From an uncultured Phycisphaerales bacterium (GTDB taxonomy: Bacteria > Planctomycetota > Phycisphaerae > SM23-33), in contig CBDUQP010000004.1 in NCBI GenBank assembly GCA_965369385.1, forward strand, positions 1-61,368: DNA of 61,368 nt. The letters run 5' to 3'. A program made the position numbers and the translations under genes. Of this stretch, positions 58,413 through 61,368 are shown one piece after another (positions within the stretch are counted from its first letter, which is position 1; every line of letters begins with the position of its first letter). Under the pieces are notes generated by a model. That model was not told the DNA's origin. It ran no database searches and saw nothing but the letters and a program-made list of their open reading frames with translations.

Positions 58413-59696
58413 CTATTGCGGCAGGACGATATCGTAGCGATAACTGTGAGGCGGGCAACCGCCGCCTTCGAATCGCCCTACGTCGCCCGGGCAAGCCGTC
58501 ATAATCAACACGATATTGCCGTTCTCGCGATCCTCGTACCGCCGCCAGTTCGACAGACGAATGGTCTCAGGTTCGCCCGCTTCGATATCGCGCGTGGCAA
58601 TCACAGTGACGGTGTCACGCTTGATCTGTATGGTGTCGGGGTCCATCTCGGCGATGTGCAACGTCGTGCGCGGGTCGCAGCCCTTCGTCGTAGGCTCATC
58701 AAGTATGTTGGTGATGATATACAGACGACCATTCTTGCCGGATGTGAACACGTGGGCCAGGTTCGCCGGGCAATACACCTGCTCGCCATCGGTATACTGT
58801 AGCGGCTTGGGATCGGTCCATGTCTGGCCAACATCCTCGGAAATGGCATAGAACTTGGCGCTCTGAATCTTCATGCCGTCATTGGGGAAATTTCGTGACC
58901 GCATCGTCATCAGCAGGCGGCCATCAGGCAGGAACGCTATGCTCGGCTCCCCATCGCCATGGCCCTTTGCAGGGTCAATACTAGCCGGATTCGAGATATC
59001 CCAGTCCACCCCGCTGTCATCATCCCGCCATGTACCAATAAGCAGACTGCTGCGCCAGTGGATGCCCTGGGCCTTCTTCTCTGGTGAGGCATCCATGAAC
59101 ATCGGCAGGACAAAACGCCCATCTTCGGTCCATAGCGGAGTGACGCCCTCTATGCCCGCACCGTTCTGGCCGTAATCCGTATCGAGTGCCCAATGGCAGT
59201 AATCATACTCGTCGCCCTGACAGACAAGCTGCTCGGGCTGGCTCCATGTCTCGCCGCCGTCATGGGACATCCCCGTCCACATCAGGCGGGTCTTAGTTGT
59301 GGGGCTGCCCTTGTCCCACGGCAGCGTGCCGCGAATGTGCTCGTTCGTGGCGTACATGCGAAGTATCGATCCGGTCTTGGGATTCACGATCCAGTTCGGG
59401 CTGAAATGGCAAAGTTCAAGCCGTCCATGAATTGGGGTCACCACGGGCCAATCGCCGACAACCTGCCACGTTCTTCCGTTATCGGTGCTCTTGCGCATCA
59501 CGGGCGACGGCTGGGTGTAATCGCCGTCGGCAATACCTCGCGCAGAGAACCAGTAGTTCCGCTGCCCGCCGTAGGCAATGGTCTCCATCAGAGTGTTCTC
59601 GTCATTGGAAACGTACCCCATCGAGGCCACCATCGCCTCTTCTACATCAGTGGGTTGCTCGATATGCATGCTGCGATTGACCGTAATGCCGCTCAT
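58413..59696 (-). CDS. Sialidase-like BNR/Asp-box beta-propeller protein
   Basis: Asp boxes STDNGRTW, SHDGGETW, SEDVGQTW; EPSIAFLPDGRLLMTMR. Confidence 0.8.
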   Translation of the reverse strand: MSGITVNRSMHIEQPTDVEEAMVASMGYVSNDENTLMETIAYGGQRNYWFSARGIADGDYTQPSPVMRKSTDNGRTWQVVGDWPVVTPIHGRLELCHFSPNWIVNPKTGSILRMYATNEHIRGTLPWDKGSPTTKTRLMWTGMSHDGGETWSQPEQLVCQGDEYDYCHWALDTDYGQNGAGIEGVTPLWTEDGRFVLPMFMDASPEKKAQGIHWRSSLLIGTWRDDDSGVDWDISNPASIDPAKGHGDGEPSIAFLPDGRLLMTMRSRNFPNDGMKIQSAKFYAISEDVGQTWTDPKPLQYTDGEQVYCPANLAHVFTSGKNGRLYIITNILDEPTTKGCDPRTTLHIAEMDPDTIQIKRDTVTVIATRDIEAGEPETIRLSNWRRYEDRENGNIVLIMTACPGDVGRFEGGGCPPHSYRYDIVLPQ

Positions 59697-60041
59697 GAGT
59701 TCGTTCCTCAAAATCGGAGTTTGATTCGCCGGAAGACCAGCGTGACTTGAAAGAGCAAGATAACCGGGGATTCGAACCGATCAAGGAGATTCCCCGGAGC
59801 CTCATAAAAAAACTTCAAAATGGTATTTGAGTCTGAAAATGGCCGGCTTTCAGCGTTGTGTGTCGAGCGACGATACTATCGGTTCGCCACAGAAAACACT
59901 GGATGTTTTGCAGGGTAGTCGAGTCGGCGTGGAAATCGAACCAATATCGGACAGCAGCCTATGGGGTCTTGCTTTTTCGACGGTTTCCGCAATCACCGTG
60001 TTCTGTATTGATTCGGCCCGAATTGGAAAATAGCGGGGAGG

Positions 60042-61181
60042 TTACTTGCCTTTTGCCACCGAGCCTGCAGGTTGACTGGTCGGTTGAGTGGTTACCGCCT
60101 CGGGGAGGCTGAAGTATTTCGTAATCACCCTCATCGCTTGCTTACCGCATGGAATATATGAAATATCCTTCTCGGGACTCTCTTCTGCCCCGCGGCGTTT
60201 TCGCCATTCCCACACCATAAAACCGGCTACGTTTTGTTCCGATATCCACGTATCGAAAAACGCTTCGAAGCAATTTGCCTGGGCCTGGGGGTCTGGGATT
60301 TCACTGGCGTAGTAATTCCACGGATACTGGGCGCAGGTCACCTGGTTTGGCCAGCCCAGCTCGGTGAATAGAATAGGTTTACCTATCGTCTTCTGCCAAG
60401 CAAGAATTTCCTTCTTCAGCGGTTTCCACGCAGCGGTCAATCGCCCGACTGTCGGCTTTGCCCCCCCGGTCAGATCGTAATAGGCGGTCATTCCCACCAA
60501 GTCCAGATCGTCCCAGAATTTGGGTGTTCGGTAGTGATCCCAGTTGGCCGAGTATCCCATGAGTCCGCCGTAATGCCTGCGAACCTTCGCAATGAGTCTC
60601 TTCCATTGCTTTGTCTGGCCCTCGGTGCTGTTGAGCTCGGAACCGACCATCATCATCTCGACATCCGTCTCGCTGCAAATATAGGCAAAATGAAGGATTA
60701 CCTGCGTATAGTTCTCCCACCACTTGCTCCAGTTGTCCGGGGCGATCTTCCCCCGCCACTCGCTCTTTCTCGGTGCCGCCAGCAGCACAACCGGCATCAG
60801 CCCCACGCGCAAGCCCTTGCTGTGAGCATGCCTGATAATCTTCTTCAGCCTCTCATCCGAAGGCTTCTTGCGGGATTCGAGGAAAATGCTCGTCGAAGCG
60901 CAGTTCTCCTGATAAGCGTGGACCACTATGAATACCGTGTTGGCGCCGGCGTCTGCCATCTCGGTAATGAATTCCTCGTAGGGATGATCCTTATCGCCGC
61001 GATTGTGCAACTGGATCGCAAAACCGCGGAACTGCCCCTTCGGGACCTCCCGGTTGGACACGGGGGAATCACCATCGGCACCAATCGCCGCCCGGTTCTC
61101 ATTGTTGACAAACTGGAACCCGATAGCGATCAATGCGACAATCGCGAAAACTACCATTATTCTCAGATTCATTCTTTCCAT
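60042..61181 (-). CDS. Glycoside hydrolase family 113 (TIM barrel), membrane-anchored
   Basis: N-terminal TM; WRGKI, VGSEL, YSANWD, FWDDLD, KPILFTELG, AGFMVWEW. Confidence 0.82.
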   Translation of the reverse strand: MERMNLRIMVVFAIVALIAIGFQFVNNENRAAIGADGDSPVSNREVPKGQFRGFAIQLHNRGDKDHPYEEFITEMADAGANTVFIVVHAYQENCASTSIFLESRKKPSDERLKKIIRHAHSKGLRVGLMPVVLLAAPRKSEWRGKIAPDNWSKWWENYTQVILHFAYICSETDVEMMMVGSELNSTEGQTKQWKRLIAKVRRHYGGLMGYSANWDHYRTPKFWDDLDLVGMTAYYDLTGGAKPTVGRLTAAWKPLKKEILAWQKTIGKPILFTELGWPNQVTCAQYPWNYYASEIPDPQAQANCFEAFFDTWISEQNVAGFMVWEWRKRRGAEESPEKDISYIPCGKQAMRVITKYFSLPEAVTTQPTSQPAGSVAKGK

Positions 61182-61368
61182 ACCGTCACCCCTCAACCTT
61201 GATACTCTCCGCTGGCCAATTCGCCCGATTCAGCCGCCAATCCCCGCTGAATCGCCCGAATTTCCAAATATCCTCTTCCCAAAAGTCAACCAAACGATCA
61301 AGACTACGTGCGTCAGTGTACGAGAATTCTTTCTGGCAGGAAAGAATTCTCGTACACAGAGCAGGTGA

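Noticed and set aside
59764-59797. tRNA-like GGTTCGAATCCCCGG on the minus strand
   Set aside because: No proper T-stem, anticodon arm or D arm; only a short hairpin

Overview
61.4-kb chromosomal window, most likely from a Planctomycetota (Phycisphaerae-like) bacterium. The taxonomic call is an inference from LEPR-xLL-type export motifs, PEP-CTERM tails, GGGACAGTCCC repeats and expanded URO-D/AraC families. Core and housekeeping genes: gatB (5'-truncated), aspartate aminotransferase, fhs, PMM/PGM, manC, yqgF/ruvX, hemW, GTP-PEPCK, tRNA-Pro(GGG). Accessory content: (i) an exopolysaccharide export locus (TPR-SPOR lipoprotein, split Wzc, Wzx, priming glycosyltransferase, two TPR proteins) with signs of decay; (ii) a binding protein plus hybrid histidine kinase pair and an MCP; (iii) a three-gene cluster encoding a 2TM-wHTH protein and two SPFH paralogs, each with three tandem beta-repeats (possible vault-like or HflKC-like cage); (iv) surface proteins, including a cyclophilin with both a LEPR-xLL-like N-terminus and a PEP-CTERM C-terminus; (v) repeated AraC/URO-D-fold modules next to sialidase-like and GH113 genes; (vi) an adenylate-kinase-like/nucleoside-deoxyribosyltransferase-like fusion. 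Intergenic DNA holds a 19-bp tandem array bracketed by REP-like inverted repeats, a nested ~370-bp palindrome, two MITE-like elements with different ends but a shared core, and tRNA T-arm-like scars. No CRISPR array, rRNA, transposase or integrase was recognised. All calls come from motif recognition by eye; no database searches were run.
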